Source: an uncultured virus (IMG/VR IMGVR_UViG_3300025387_000001) (Duplodnaviria > Heunggongvirae > Uroviricota > Caudoviricetes). From it: 64,000 nt of DNA. Shown here in pieces: positions 31,041-40,469 of the stretch. Numbering within the stretch: position 1 is the first letter of the stretch; the number at the start of each line of letters is the position of its first letter. The stretch is from the IMG/VR virus record IMGVR_UViG_3300025387_000001; one strand, written 5' to 3'. Below the pieces are notes generated by a model that had not been told where the DNA came from, ran no database searches, and saw only the letters and a list, made by a program, of their open reading frames with translations. The position numbers and the translations under genes are program-made.

Positions 31041-31565
31041 ATGACTGAGAAAACAATCATTTACTTCCACGGGTATGGTTCCTCTCCTGCGACCGATAAG
31101 GTCCAGACGCTAAAAGAACATTTTAGCGAGGTTCATGCTTTCCCTATAAACATAGATCCAGATTTTTCTCTTCCTTATCTAGAGGAAGAGATTGACAACC
31201 TGATCGTTTCCAACCTGAACTCCGAAAAAGAGTTGGTGTTTATCGGAACATCTTTGGGTGCCTGGTATGCTGGTCAAATGGCTAGTAAGTTCCGTCTTGA
31301 AGGTTCTAGGTGTGTGCTTATCAATCCCGCACATTCTATGGAATCCATCAAGATTGATCTTCCTATTCCTGAGAACATCAAAGAGAAATATAATCATCTA
31401 GGTTTTATTTGTCCTCTCCACACTAAGTTTTTTATCGCCAACAATGACGAGGTGATTGACTTTACAAACTTTCATCCTAAAAATGCTACATATGTCAAAG
31501 AGGCAGATCACCGTTTTAACGGCAAACCTTTTGAGAATGTTATAGAGTATGTAAAAGGTTTGTAA
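31041..31565 (+). CDS. YqiA/UPF0227-like alpha/beta hydrolase
   Basis: YFHGYGSSP, GTSLG nucleophile elbow, LINPA, DHRF; TTGACA-17-TATAAT promoter 31006-31034. Confidence 0.88.
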   Translation: MTEKTIIYFHGYGSSPATDKVQTLKEHFSEVHAFPINIDPDFSLPYLEEEIDNLIVSNLNSEKELVFIGTSLGAWYAGQMASKFRLEGSRCVLINPAHSMESIKIDLPIPENIKEKYNHLGFICPLHTKFFIANNDEVIDFTNFHPKNATYVKEADHRFNGKPFENVIEYVKGL

Positions 31566-31669
31566 TAGCAAACCTCTTCCGGTTGTGAGATAAAAAGAAA
31601 CATAAATAACAATAACCCCCTCGCCTGCGGGCGCACCTGGGGGTTTACTCACATACCGCAGAGGTAATA

Positions 31670-33670
31670 ATGAAAAAAATAGTATTTACATTCGGCCGTT
31701 ATAATCCACCAACAACAGGCCACGCAGAACTAATCCATTATGCCGTCAATCTAGCACACAGAACCGGTGCCGAACACCGCATCTATACTTCTCAGTCACA
31801 CGACTCCTCCAAGAATCCACTATCACCAAAACAAAAGATGGCCTTTCTACGCCAGATTTTCCCTGGTGTAAACTTTGTGGATGATCCATCTATGAAGACC
31901 GCATTTGCTATCTGTAAGAAACTAGCAGATGATGGTTATGAAGATGTAACATTTGTGGTTGGTGATGACCGTGTCAATGAGTTTAGAACACAACTTGGCA
32001 AGTATGTTATGCCTAAGACTGCTAAAGATTTTGATCCTAAGAAGCATTATCCATTCAAGAAGTTTAAGGTCGTATCATCTGGTGCCCGCAAGCAAGGCAT
32101 CTCCGGTACAGACCTACGTGCGGCAGTTCGTAAAGGTGACTTTGCTACCTTTGCTAAGGCCTCGGCTGCCAAAGATAAAACACTCGCTAGAAAAATCTTT
32201 ACAGCAACCAGAACACAACTAAAAGAATGGTATCTTAGAGAAGAAAGAGGACTCTCTCGCCAAGACTTCCACGACAAACTAATGTCCTTTGTTGACTTCA
32301 CCTGTGCCCATCTTGGTATTGATGATAAACCAACCATCAAGTATAAAGAAGACCGCAAAGAAGGTCAACCATCATTCGCGGCCTATTCACCACACTCTAA
32401 AGAAGTTTATGTAAGCACCAAGAACCGTCATCCAATGGATATCTTCCGTTCAGTAGCACATGAGTTGGTACATCATAAACAGAACCTTGACGGACGCCTT
32501 GGTAAGAACATTGCTAAAGAAGGTGCGACTGGTTCTAAGATTGAGAACGAGGCCAACTCTGAGGCCGGCAAGGTCATGCGTTATTTTGGACAAGACAATC
32601 CATTCTACTTTGATATGACTTATGTTGGTGAAGAAAAGGCAATCATTCTTTCTGGCACACCTGGTTCTGGTAAAGATAAAATCCTAAAAGAGGCCATTCT
32701 ACCATTTGGTTTCACCGAGGTTTCAGCAGATACTTTCCATAATCAGAAACTCCAAGGTGCTATTGTAGTGAATGGTGCCTCTGATTATTTAACAGTAAAG
32801 ACAATCAAAGAGGCCTTGGAAATCCAAGGATACGAAACTATTATGGTGTTTGTGAATACCAGCAACGAGGTATCCAAACAACGAAACGAATCCAGAGCAA
32901 CTAAAGGTGGTCGTGTAATCACCGAGGCGGTTCGCTTTGCCAAGTGGAAAGGTGCTCAAGAGGCCCTTGACCGCTTTGACCAGTTATTTGAGAAGGTTAT
33001 TGAGGTCAAGAATGACCTTGATCTAAACCTAAACGAAAGCGTTATTGATGAGACATATAAAAAACTTATCAATAGTGTATCAAAAGAAATCGCAGAGTTT
33101 GCCTTAAACGAGGCTGACAAGAGATTTGAGAATATGTTAAACGAAGTTGGTGGTGCTGGTAACTGGGGCACACAGCAACTTACAGACAAATATAAACTAG
33201 ACACACCAGGCCAAGAACCTGGTAAGTTCGCAAAAATGAAGGTATTGAAATTGAAAAATGAGAATAATGTAAAATCATCACTTGACCCGAGAAATCAAAA
33301 TCCTGGTCCTGTTGGTGGTGATAGAATAGGAGACGAAGCCGGTATGCCTAAGGGCCCTGGTTTCGGTGATAACCAAAGTTTAGATTTCACCGGTGTAAAT
33401 GGTAACAGACAGATTGACCGTTGGATGGTGAAAGAAGAAACACGAAAAAGGTTCATGGCAAAGTATGGTGCCCTGGCCGACAAGAAAATCAAAGAGACTG
33501 CCGAGCGTCTGAAGAGAGAAAGTTTGGATGATCCATTTTCTGGAACTATGGCATCGGCATCTGCTACATTAGGTAATGATGATGTCCGTACCAATACAGT
33601 TGGTGCTGAGGATGAAAAAACATCATTATTTAAGAAAAACAAATATAAGAAAAAGAAATATACTAAATAG
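31670..33670 (+). CDS. multidomain protein: cytidylyltransferase-like + HExxH peptidase-like + P-loop kinase-like
   Basis: FGRYNPPTTGH..VVGDDR..ISGTDLR; AHELVHH..ENEAN; GTPGSGKD. Confidence 0.85.
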   Translation: MKKIVFTFGRYNPPTTGHAELIHYAVNLAHRTGAEHRIYTSQSHDSSKNPLSPKQKMAFLRQIFPGVNFVDDPSMKTAFAICKKLADDGYEDVTFVVGDDRVNEFRTQLGKYVMPKTAKDFDPKKHYPFKKFKVVSSGARKQGISGTDLRAAVRKGDFATFAKASAAKDKTLARKIFTATRTQLKEWYLREERGLSRQDFHDKLMSFVDFTCAHLGIDDKPTIKYKEDRKEGQPSFAAYSPHSKEVYVSTKNRHPMDIFRSVAHELVHHKQNLDGRLGKNIAKEGATGSKIENEANSEAGKVMRYFGQDNPFYFDMTYVGEEKAIILSGTPGSGKDKILKEAILPFGFTEVSADTFHNQKLQGAIVVNGASDYLTVKTIKEALEIQGYETIMVFVNTSNEVSKQRNESRATKGGRVITEAVRFAKWKGAQEALDRFDQLFEKVIEVKNDLDLNLNESVIDETYKKLINSVSKEIAEFALNEADKRFENMLNEVGGAGNWGTQQLTDKYKLDTPGQEPGKFAKMKVLKLKNENNVKSSLDPRNQNPGPVGGDRIGDEAGMPKGPGFGDNQSLDFTGVNGNRQIDRWMVKEETRKRFMAKYGALADKKIKETAERLKRESLDDPFSGTMASASATLGNDDVRTNTVGAEDEKTSLFKKNKYKKKKYTK

Positions 33671-33720
33671 TAGGAACACTTTATATTATCCGACTAGGAC
33701 AACTTTCAAAGGAAACTAAC

Positions 33721-35484
33721 ATGGTATTCTCTAACAAATTTAACTCAAAGAAAGCAGACCCTTTGGTGGAAGCCGCCAAAGCCGCTATGGAACTAGGCCA
33801 GAAGCGCCGTGATGCTATCAACGCCGTCAACGAAGAGTTCGGTGTTTATTCACGCAACGCAGTCGTTCGTGAACAACTTGCGGCATATGATGCTCGTATT
33901 GAGGAAGTCTATAAGGGCATGATGGCAGGCAATCTTACAGAAGGCAAAAAACTTGCTGACAAAGACTATGACAAAGACGGCAAGATTGAATCTCCAAAAG
34001 ACGAAGTATGGGGTTCACGCTTCCGTGCTGCTAAGGCTGCTGGCAAGATGGAAGAAGGATCACAATGGCGTAAACCAGGCCGTGAAGGTAAAACTTGGGG
34101 TACCGACTCATCAGAAGATCGTGAAGACGGACATGAAACTAAGTTTCAACTAAACAAAAAAGGTAAGATCAGTGATGGTCCGAATAAAGATGTGTTGGCT
34201 CACAGAAAAGATCCAGATAAATGGTACAGTAAAGCACAGCAGAAAAAGCACGGTGTTGATCTAAAAAGTCAGATCAAAAACCAAATCGGTAAGCATACAA
34301 AGCCACATCTACCAGAAGAGATCGATTACTCTGCTCCAGATCGTGCTGCCGTTACAAAAGATAATAAACCATCTGTTTCACCTACAGCACCAAAAGCAGA
34401 CACATCAGGACCATCTGCCGCAGATAAGGCAGGCCTTGCTGCTAAGATTGGTGCTATGAAAGAAGCAAAGTTGGATGAAGTTTCTCATAAACTCGCACTA
34501 AAGGCTATGAAGAAATCTGAAAAACGTGGTGATGATGAATATGATGATGATATGACATCCGATAGACTGAGTGATCCAAGGACACATTGGGATCGTGCTA
34601 AACGTCTTCGCGGTCATATGAAAAAAAAGTTCGGTAATCCATCACACAAAACAAGCGGCCGTGATCTTCTATCACCTAAACCAGCCGATCAAGATGGAAT
34701 GGAAAGACATAAGGCTGACAAATTAGTAAAAGGTCCAAGAGCAGGTAAAATCTCTGCTAAACACAGAGAAAATCTAAAAGGTAATATTAAATACTCTCTT
34801 GGTAAACATACAAAGCCACATCTACCAGAAGAAACAATTGAAGAAGCAGTTTCACGCAAGCATTTTCAACAAGTCGCAGACCTAATCAAAGGTCATGAGT
34901 CCCAAGAAAAGAGAAATGAACTTGCTTCACACCATGCTGGCATTTTCTCAAAGCAGAATCCTCGTTTTGACCATGGCCGTTTCCATAAGGCTGCTGGTTC
35001 AACCGCACACGAAGCACCTAAGAAAATGGAAGAGGCAGCATATTCAGCAAAGGCTGGCCGTGCTGGTAAAGACCTCGGCAAACCAGGTAAATCATTCAAA
35101 ATGATTGCTAAGAAGGCTGGTAAAGAATATGGTTCAGAAGAAAAAGGTAAGAAGGTAGCAGGTGCTATCCTTAAAAAGATCCGTGCAAAGCATATGAAAG
35201 AAGATGATATGAAATTGGGTGATCCTGCTGCTATGGATGCAGTAAAGAAAGCTGGTAATCCACCTCTTGCATCAACCGCAGATCCTAAAGGTTTAGGTGT
35301 TGCTCAAAGTGCAGTAAGTCAGGGTAAAATGGATAATATTGCTAATGACACAATTGAAAAACAACATGGTCCAGATGTAGCACAAGCATACAAAAATATG
35401 CAATCACAAAGATACAACTGGTCAATGAAAGAAGATATTAATGAGTCCGTCCAAGTTGGCGCAAACAAATATAGGATCGTCTAA
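33721..35484 (+). CDS. highly charged protein, probable internal head polyprotein
   Basis: Late promoter at 33664; recurrent hydrophobic-x-E motifs; GKHTKPHLPEE repeated twice. Confidence 0.6.
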   Translation: MVFSNKFNSKKADPLVEAAKAAMELGQKRRDAINAVNEEFGVYSRNAVVREQLAAYDARIEEVYKGMMAGNLTEGKKLADKDYDKDGKIESPKDEVWGSRFRAAKAAGKMEEGSQWRKPGREGKTWGTDSSEDREDGHETKFQLNKKGKISDGPNKDVLAHRKDPDKWYSKAQQKKHGVDLKSQIKNQIGKHTKPHLPEEIDYSAPDRAAVTKDNKPSVSPTAPKADTSGPSAADKAGLAAKIGAMKEAKLDEVSHKLALKAMKKSEKRGDDEYDDDMTSDRLSDPRTHWDRAKRLRGHMKKKFGNPSHKTSGRDLLSPKPADQDGMERHKADKLVKGPRAGKISAKHRENLKGNIKYSLGKHTKPHLPEETIEEAVSRKHFQQVADLIKGHESQEKRNELASHHAGIFSKQNPRFDHGRFHKAAGSTAHEAPKKMEEAAYSAKAGRAGKDLGKPGKSFKMIAKKAGKEYGSEEKGKKVAGAILKKIRAKHMKEDDMKLGDPAAMDAVKKAGNPPLASTADPKGLGVAQSAVSQGKMDNIANDTIEKQHGPDVAQAYKNMQSQRYNWSMKEDINESVQVGANKYRIV

Positions 35485-35716
35485 TGAATAGACCTCCACA
35501 AAAAGGAGCAAACAATCAAGGCAGCGGGTCTCTCGGTGCCTTGGAACATCGTTATGGTTCATCCAAAAAGTTGGCACAGGAAGCAACTAAGGTTGCCTTG
35601 CAGAAAGCGACCGATCAAAAGATGCTAAACCCTGGCAAAACTGCCACAGGCCAAATTGCGGATCCAATTGCGTTAGACCCTGAAAAAGCAGGGATGCAAT
35701 CACAAACTTATAGCTA

Positions 35717-36283
35717 ATGTATTATATTTACGCATATCTTAGAAGAGATGGAACACCTTATTACATAGGTAAAGGAAAAGGTAACAGGGCCTGGAGGAAA
35801 GACCATAATGTTCCTGTTCCTAGTAAAGATAGGGTAATACTAATGGAAACAGGTTTGACTAATGTAGGATCTTTAGCATTAGAAAGGTTCTATATTCGTT
35901 GGTATGGCCGTAAAGATAACGGAACAGGAATACTAAGAAATCTTACCGATGGTGGAGAAGGTACGGAGGGATGTAAAAATCCTAAAAATATAACCACTAA
36001 AAACAAAATAAGCGAGACACTAAAACGTAAAGGTATAAAACCACCTTCACGTAAAGGTGTAAAGGCTCCTAAAGAGTCCTATACAAATAGTATATTTGAG
36101 ATAGAAAACATTACTACAGGTGAGTTGTTTACAACTACAAACCTTAGAGAATTTTGCCAGGCGAAGGGTTTGACAAGATCAAGTTTGCAGGCAACAGCAC
36201 CCTATAGTAATGGTATAAATAAATACAACCAACATAAAGGCTATAGAATAGCCAAAAGAAACTTTATAGAGAAGGAAAACTAA
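35717..36283 (+). CDS. GIY-YIG homing endonuclease, family B, lacking the upstream RNA element
   Basis: [43 protein letters not shown] coupling to upstream ORF. Confidence 0.9.
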   Translation: MYYIYAYLRRDGTPYYIGKGKGNRAWRKDHNVPVPSKDRVILMETGLTNVGSLALERFYIRWYGRKDNGTGILRNLTDGGEGTEGCKNPKNITTKNKISETLKRKGIKPPSRKGVKAPKESYTNSIFEIENITTGELFTTTNLREFCQAKGLTRSSLQATAPYSNGINKYNQHKGYRIAKRNFIEKEN

Positions 36284-36284
36284 A

Positions 36285-36932
36285 ATGGCTCTCTGGGGAA
36301 TGACAGACAACGCAGCTAACTCCGACATTGCTGCACTAATGCAGGTATCAGCACATGTTGATACTGCTAATCAATCAACACTTTACGAAAATACAACAGC
36401 AGGTGCTATCGGGCCACATCTAAACGCCAATCTAATCATTGGTCAGTTTGGTGTTAGCACACAAGAAATTCAAGCAAGTCCAACAGGTCATGGTTATCAT
36501 GCTGGTTGGGTTCTTCGTAAAGAAGGTACAGGCGGCCGTGCAGGTCGTGTAACATATGAAACACTTGTTGCTACAAGTTCAATTCCTGGTGATGGAAGCA
36601 ATGATGGCCTCTGGTTCCCAGACTATACATTGAGAATTGTTACACAACCAGTAAGCAGCACAATGAATGGTGCTCCACAGAATGTTACTTTCACCGTTGC
36701 TGCTTCATCTACACCAGCAGGTGCTACACTATCTTATCAGTGGCAGGTAAACACTGGTACATCATGGACCAACGTTACAGGTTCTGCTGGCAAGTATTAC
36801 AACCCAACATCTGCTACATTTACTGCTAACAACAAGACTGCAAATGGTAACACCTTCCAGTGTGTTGTTTCGGCCGCAAACTCAAATACTGTAACCTCAA
36901 CAAGCGCAACAGTTATTTGGTATACACCATAA
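36285..36932 (+). CDS. virion structural protein with C-terminal Ig-like domain
   Basis: MALWG start, HAGWV..GR..ETLVA; QP..VTFTV..LSYQWQ..FQCVVS. Confidence 0.75.
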   Translation: MALWGMTDNAANSDIAALMQVSAHVDTANQSTLYENTTAGAIGPHLNANLIIGQFGVSTQEIQASPTGHGYHAGWVLRKEGTGGRAGRVTYETLVATSSIPGDGSNDGLWFPDYTLRIVTQPVSSTMNGAPQNVTFTVAASSTPAGATLSYQWQVNTGTSWTNVTGSAGKYYNPTSATFTANNKTANGNTFQCVVSAANSNTVTSTSATVIWYTP

Positions 36933-36951
36933 TTTAGAAGGATAAACCACT

Positions 36952-38046
36952 ATGAAAAGTTTTAAGTCATTTATTAGTGAGGAAGTCCTTCCAACCGCAA
37001 ATGTGGAGAATGGCAACTTTGACCTAGAGAACGACGCAGTTCGTGCCGAGGTTAATGCCATTCTTGCTGGCATCTGTAGTCATTCACATGTTACACCTTA
37101 CATTACATTGCGTAAGATTTCTAAGGCCCTTGCTTACTTTAGCATTATCCTTCCAAAGAGAACATTTTTGGAAGGTGATAAAGGTGTTGAGGTCTATGAA
37201 ATTAGACAGTTTGGCGAACGTATGGGTATGACCGATCAAGGTGAGTTTGTTCGTGAAATTCCTGTCCAGTATCATCTATTCTTCCAGTATGTCCAGGTTA
37301 TGGGCCGCTTTATCGTTACCGCTAAGGTTGTTGATAAAGCAGAATTGGATAAGATGCTTGATACAGCCGAAATGGTAATGAAAGAATGTTGGGACAAGGT
37401 TACAAAGAGCGAACGAGAGGCCATCAAAGAACCAATCCACACCGATGGTAACAATGGTACAGTAAGCACCAAGAAGGCCATGGATACATCTGAAAGAACA
37501 AAAGATAAGAAACTTGCTTCTGGTAAGTTAGATAAAGAATGGCCTGCCGTTGTCAAGGAAGATGAACAGATTGATGAAGGTAAAACCGACGGTTCAAAGA
37601 TGAGCGATATGGATAAGCATCGTCATGGTTATGCCATGATGTATGGTCGTTCACCAACTCAGATGAAACCAAATGACAAACTTGCTTCTAAAGTTTGGAA
37701 CAAACCATCATCTGAAATGAGAAAGACCAAATCTGGTAAGATTCACGGTCAAGACCAGAAAGCCAAGGCATCTGAAATTAAGTCCCGTCTCGGTTCACAT
37801 ACAAAACCAGGTCATCTACCAGAAGATAACCTTGATGAGGCTGATTATAAGTCTTCGTATGCTTACAAGAAGATGAAAACAAAAGTTGCCACAAAGGTTA
37901 AACGTGGACTTGGTATTGGTAAAGAAAAGACCTCTACTGTCCTTGTAACAAACAAAGGTGATCCAAAGGCTGCTACAGGTGGTGGAGTTCATCGTATTCC
38001 AAAAGATAAATACGATCCATCAAAGCATAACTTGGCATCAGAATAA
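36952..38046 (+). CDS. probable internal head protein
   Basis: Capsid-targeting-like MKSFKSFISEE; GSHTKPGHLPED module. Confidence 0.6.
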   Translation: MKSFKSFISEEVLPTANVENGNFDLENDAVRAEVNAILAGICSHSHVTPYITLRKISKALAYFSIILPKRTFLEGDKGVEVYEIRQFGERMGMTDQGEFVREIPVQYHLFFQYVQVMGRFIVTAKVVDKAELDKMLDTAEMVMKECWDKVTKSEREAIKEPIHTDGNNGTVSTKKAMDTSERTKDKKLASGKLDKEWPAVVKEDEQIDEGKTDGSKMSDMDKHRHGYAMMYGRSPTQMKPNDKLASKVWNKPSSEMRKTKSGKIHGQDQKAKASEIKSRLGSHTKPGHLPEDNLDEADYKSSYAYKKMKTKVATKVKRGLGIGKEKTSTVLVTNKGDPKAATGGGVHRIPKDKYDPSKHNLASE

Positions 38047-38047
38047 C

Positions 38048-38117
38048 TAAATAAGAGTGCGGGCCACGGTGCTGTAACACCTGCCCGCTCTAACACTCGG
38101 TAAGGAGTATCAGCATG
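38048..38117 (-). ncRNA. endonuclease-associated two-hairpin element, copy 4
   Basis: Compensatory outer stem GCGGGC/GCCCGC; CTAACACT/AGTATCAG. Confidence 0.72.
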
Positions 38118-38669
38118 TATTATATATATGCTTACATAAGGCAGTATGATTCTAAAACTGCTAAAGCAGGAACACCTTATTATATTGGTAAGGGTAAAAA
38201 ATATAGACTAAAAAATAAGAAAAAAGGTCATAATATACCTATACCAAAAGATAAAAAATTTATTGTAATTATGGAATCCGATTTGACAGAGATTGGTGCA
38301 TTTGCTCTTGAAAGATTTTATATTCGTTGGTATGGGCGTAAAGATTTAGAAACTGGAATTTTATTGAATAGAACTGATGGTGGTGAAGGTGTTTCTGGAT
38401 ATAAAGCAACAGAAAAATCAAAGCAAATCAGGCGCGAAAGATTATTAGGTAGTAAAAGAACAAAACAAACTATTAACAATATGATTGAGGGTATATCAAA
38501 AAATTGGTTGATAACTTTTCCTGATGGACATAAAGAAATGATAAAAAATATGGCAAAATTTTGTAGAGAACATAATTTGTCAAAATCACTTATGCACTTG
38601 ACATCCGTAGGAAACAGGCCACATCATAAAGGATACTCGGCGATTAGATATGATACAAGACCTAAATGA
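38115..38669 (+). CDS. GIY-YIG homing endonuclease, family B
   Basis: [43 protein letters not shown]. Confidence 0.9.
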   Translation: MYYIYAYIRQYDSKTAKAGTPYYIGKGKKYRLKNKKKGHNIPIPKDKKFIVIMESDLTEIGAFALERFYIRWYGRKDLETGILLNRTDGGEGVSGYKATEKSKQIRRERLLGSKRTKQTINNMIEGISKNWLITFPDGHKEMIKNMAKFCREHNLSKSLMHLTSVGNRPHHKGYSAIRYDTRPK

Positions 38670-39042
38670 TGAAAATTTCCTACTTTATGCGGCTAAGGCC
38701 TACGACAAGCCACATATCCTACAATCGGAGTTTGAGGACGATCTAAAGAGAATAAAGTATGTAAAAAGGTTATTGCGAAAGTATAGACAAACTGGTGAGT
38801 TCAAGGAGAGATTGGTTCTAAACCATGTTATCGTCCTTGCTAATGTGTTTGGTGTTGAAGCAACCGTGAATATGCTATTCTTCAAGGTGGATCCTGAAGA
38901 TTATCCACTCCTCAAAACTATTCTTATATTTCTTAACTATTTACCTAAAAGATTGACTGTCTCGTTTAATAAATACTATGTGAGACAAGAAGAAATACCA
39001 GTCAATCTGGAAATAGCACATGTATTAAGGAATCTACAATGA
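38650..39042 (+). CDS. conserved T4-like hypothetical protein
   Basis: [34 protein letters not shown]. Confidence 0.75.
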   Translation: MIQDLNDENFLLYAAKAYDKPHILQSEFEDDLKRIKYVKRLLRKYRQTGEFKERLVLNHVIVLANVFGVEATVNMLFFKVDPEDYPLLKTILIFLNYLPKRLTVSFNKYYVRQEEIPVNLEIAHVLRNLQ

Positions 39043-39455
39043 AACTAAAAGAAGACGGTGTAGGTGTAGGCGCGCCGACCAACAATGCAGGTGGTGGTTC
39101 CGTAGCAGGTATCGGTGTAGGCCCTAAGGGCGAGCCAGGTATGCCTGTAAGTTCGCAGAAGAAACGATACGGTAAGACCAAGTCACCTTTGCTATTTCCT
39201 GATATGATGAAACGCACAGTACCAAGTTTGGTTAAAGAAGAAACATTCGCAGGCGCAGCAGTCTTTGAGGTTTCTTCACATGTGTTTCATAACCTTACTA
39301 TGCAGAAACGCAAGGGTAAGCATTGGAGAATTTATTTGGAAGAAGATGATAGTTATATGGAAATAAGAGAGTGGGCCAAAAAAAATAAAGGTCCTATTAT
39401 AGTTAGAAATGCTACAACTTCTGAAATGCGTTATGTGAGGTATGGGAAAGGATAA
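39039..39455 (+). CDS. hypothetical protein
   Basis: MKLKED..APTNNAG; ATGA overlap. Confidence 0.65.
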   Translation: MKLKEDGVGVGAPTNNAGGGSVAGIGVGPKGEPGMPVSSQKKRYGKTKSPLLFPDMMKRTVPSLVKEETFAGAAVFEVSSHVFHNLTMQKRKGKHWRIYLEEDDSYMEIREWAKKNKGPIIVRNATTSEMRYVRYGKG

Positions 39456-39469
39456 AAGGAAATACAATT

Positions 39470-39997
39470 ATGACCTCGACACCAACAAACGAAAAGTGTA
39501 AAGAACTTTTTCCACACGAAGACGTTCTAAACCTAAATAAATTCTTCGGTGATCCATCTGGTAAAAACGGAGATGTGGATCCGACTTGGTTTAAAGAGAA
39601 CATTGTAAAGTGGGAACCACCTTATCCTATGTTCTTTAATGCCAGTGGCCAGCAGTTCAAAACAATGAAACTACACAAGAAGGTAGTTGATGTTTATACT
39701 GCCGCATTTACTGAGGTGTTAGAACACTTTGGTAAAGATAATATTAAGAAGTTACACCTCGATCAGTCTGGTGGTTCATTTAACTACAGACTAATGCGCG
39801 GTGGTTCTAGATTATCAGTCCATTCATGGGGTATAGCCATTGATATGGACCCAGCAAGAAATCCTTGGCCATCTGCATGGCATGAAGGTATGCTGAACCA
39901 CGAGTTTGCAGATATACTAGAGAAGCACGGATTGTGGTGGCGCGGTAGGCCCGGCGATAACGACCCGATGCATTTTCAGGCTGCTTGGAGATACTAA
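39470..39997 (+). CDS. M15-family peptidoglycan endopeptidase (endolysin candidate)
   Basis: FNYR, SVHSWGIAID, DPMHFQ. Confidence 0.88.
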   Translation: MTSTPTNEKCKELFPHEDVLNLNKFFGDPSGKNGDVDPTWFKENIVKWEPPYPMFFNASGQQFKTMKLHKKVVDVYTAAFTEVLEHFGKDNIKKLHLDQSGGSFNYRLMRGGSRLSVHSWGIAIDMDPARNPWPSAWHEGMLNHEFADILEKHGLWWRGRPGDNDPMHFQAAWRY

Positions 39998-40066
39998 TTC
40001 GTCGCCCCGGTCCTGTGAGGGCGACGATTTATAGGATGGAGGTTTAACAGGAGAGAGAAACCTAAA

Positions 40067-40411
40067 ATGTTAAAACACGACCACAACCATAACGACGAGA
40101 TTGGCGATGATGGAGGTGGATTCAATCTTATCAATTTTTTACCACACGCTATTACAGCTATAATTGCCGTGTGTGGTATTGGTGTATCACTATTATGGAC
40201 CATTAGTGACCTTAAAGTGGGAGATATGGAACTTAAAACAAAAGTGACCTATCTTGAGTCCAGAGTCCAACATATTGAAGATTACCTTGGTCAAAGAAAA
40301 GAATTGACTGATAATGACCGTAAAAGTCTTTGGGACGAGGTAAATGATATAAAGCAGTCCTTACAAAATATAGAACAACAACATAAAAGGGAACTGCCAC
40401 CAAGAAAGTAG
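40067..40411 (+). CDS. single-TM coiled-coil membrane protein (possible lysis accessory)
   Basis: One hydrophobic helix then coiled coil; follows endolysin candidate. Confidence 0.55.
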   Translation: MLKHDHNHNDEIGDDGGGFNLINFLPHAITAIIAVCGIGVSLLWTISDLKVGDMELKTKVTYLESRVQHIEDYLGQRKELTDNDRKSLWDEVNDIKQSLQNIEQQHKRELPPRK

Positions 40412-40440
40412 TTGACATAGAGCCAACTACCAAGTATAAT
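40412..40440 (+). promoter_or_regulatory. sigma70 promoter for primase
   Basis: TTGACA-17-TATAAT. Confidence 0.75.
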
Positions 40441-40469
40441 AAAAAACTTCGTTATGATTATGGTGGAAT

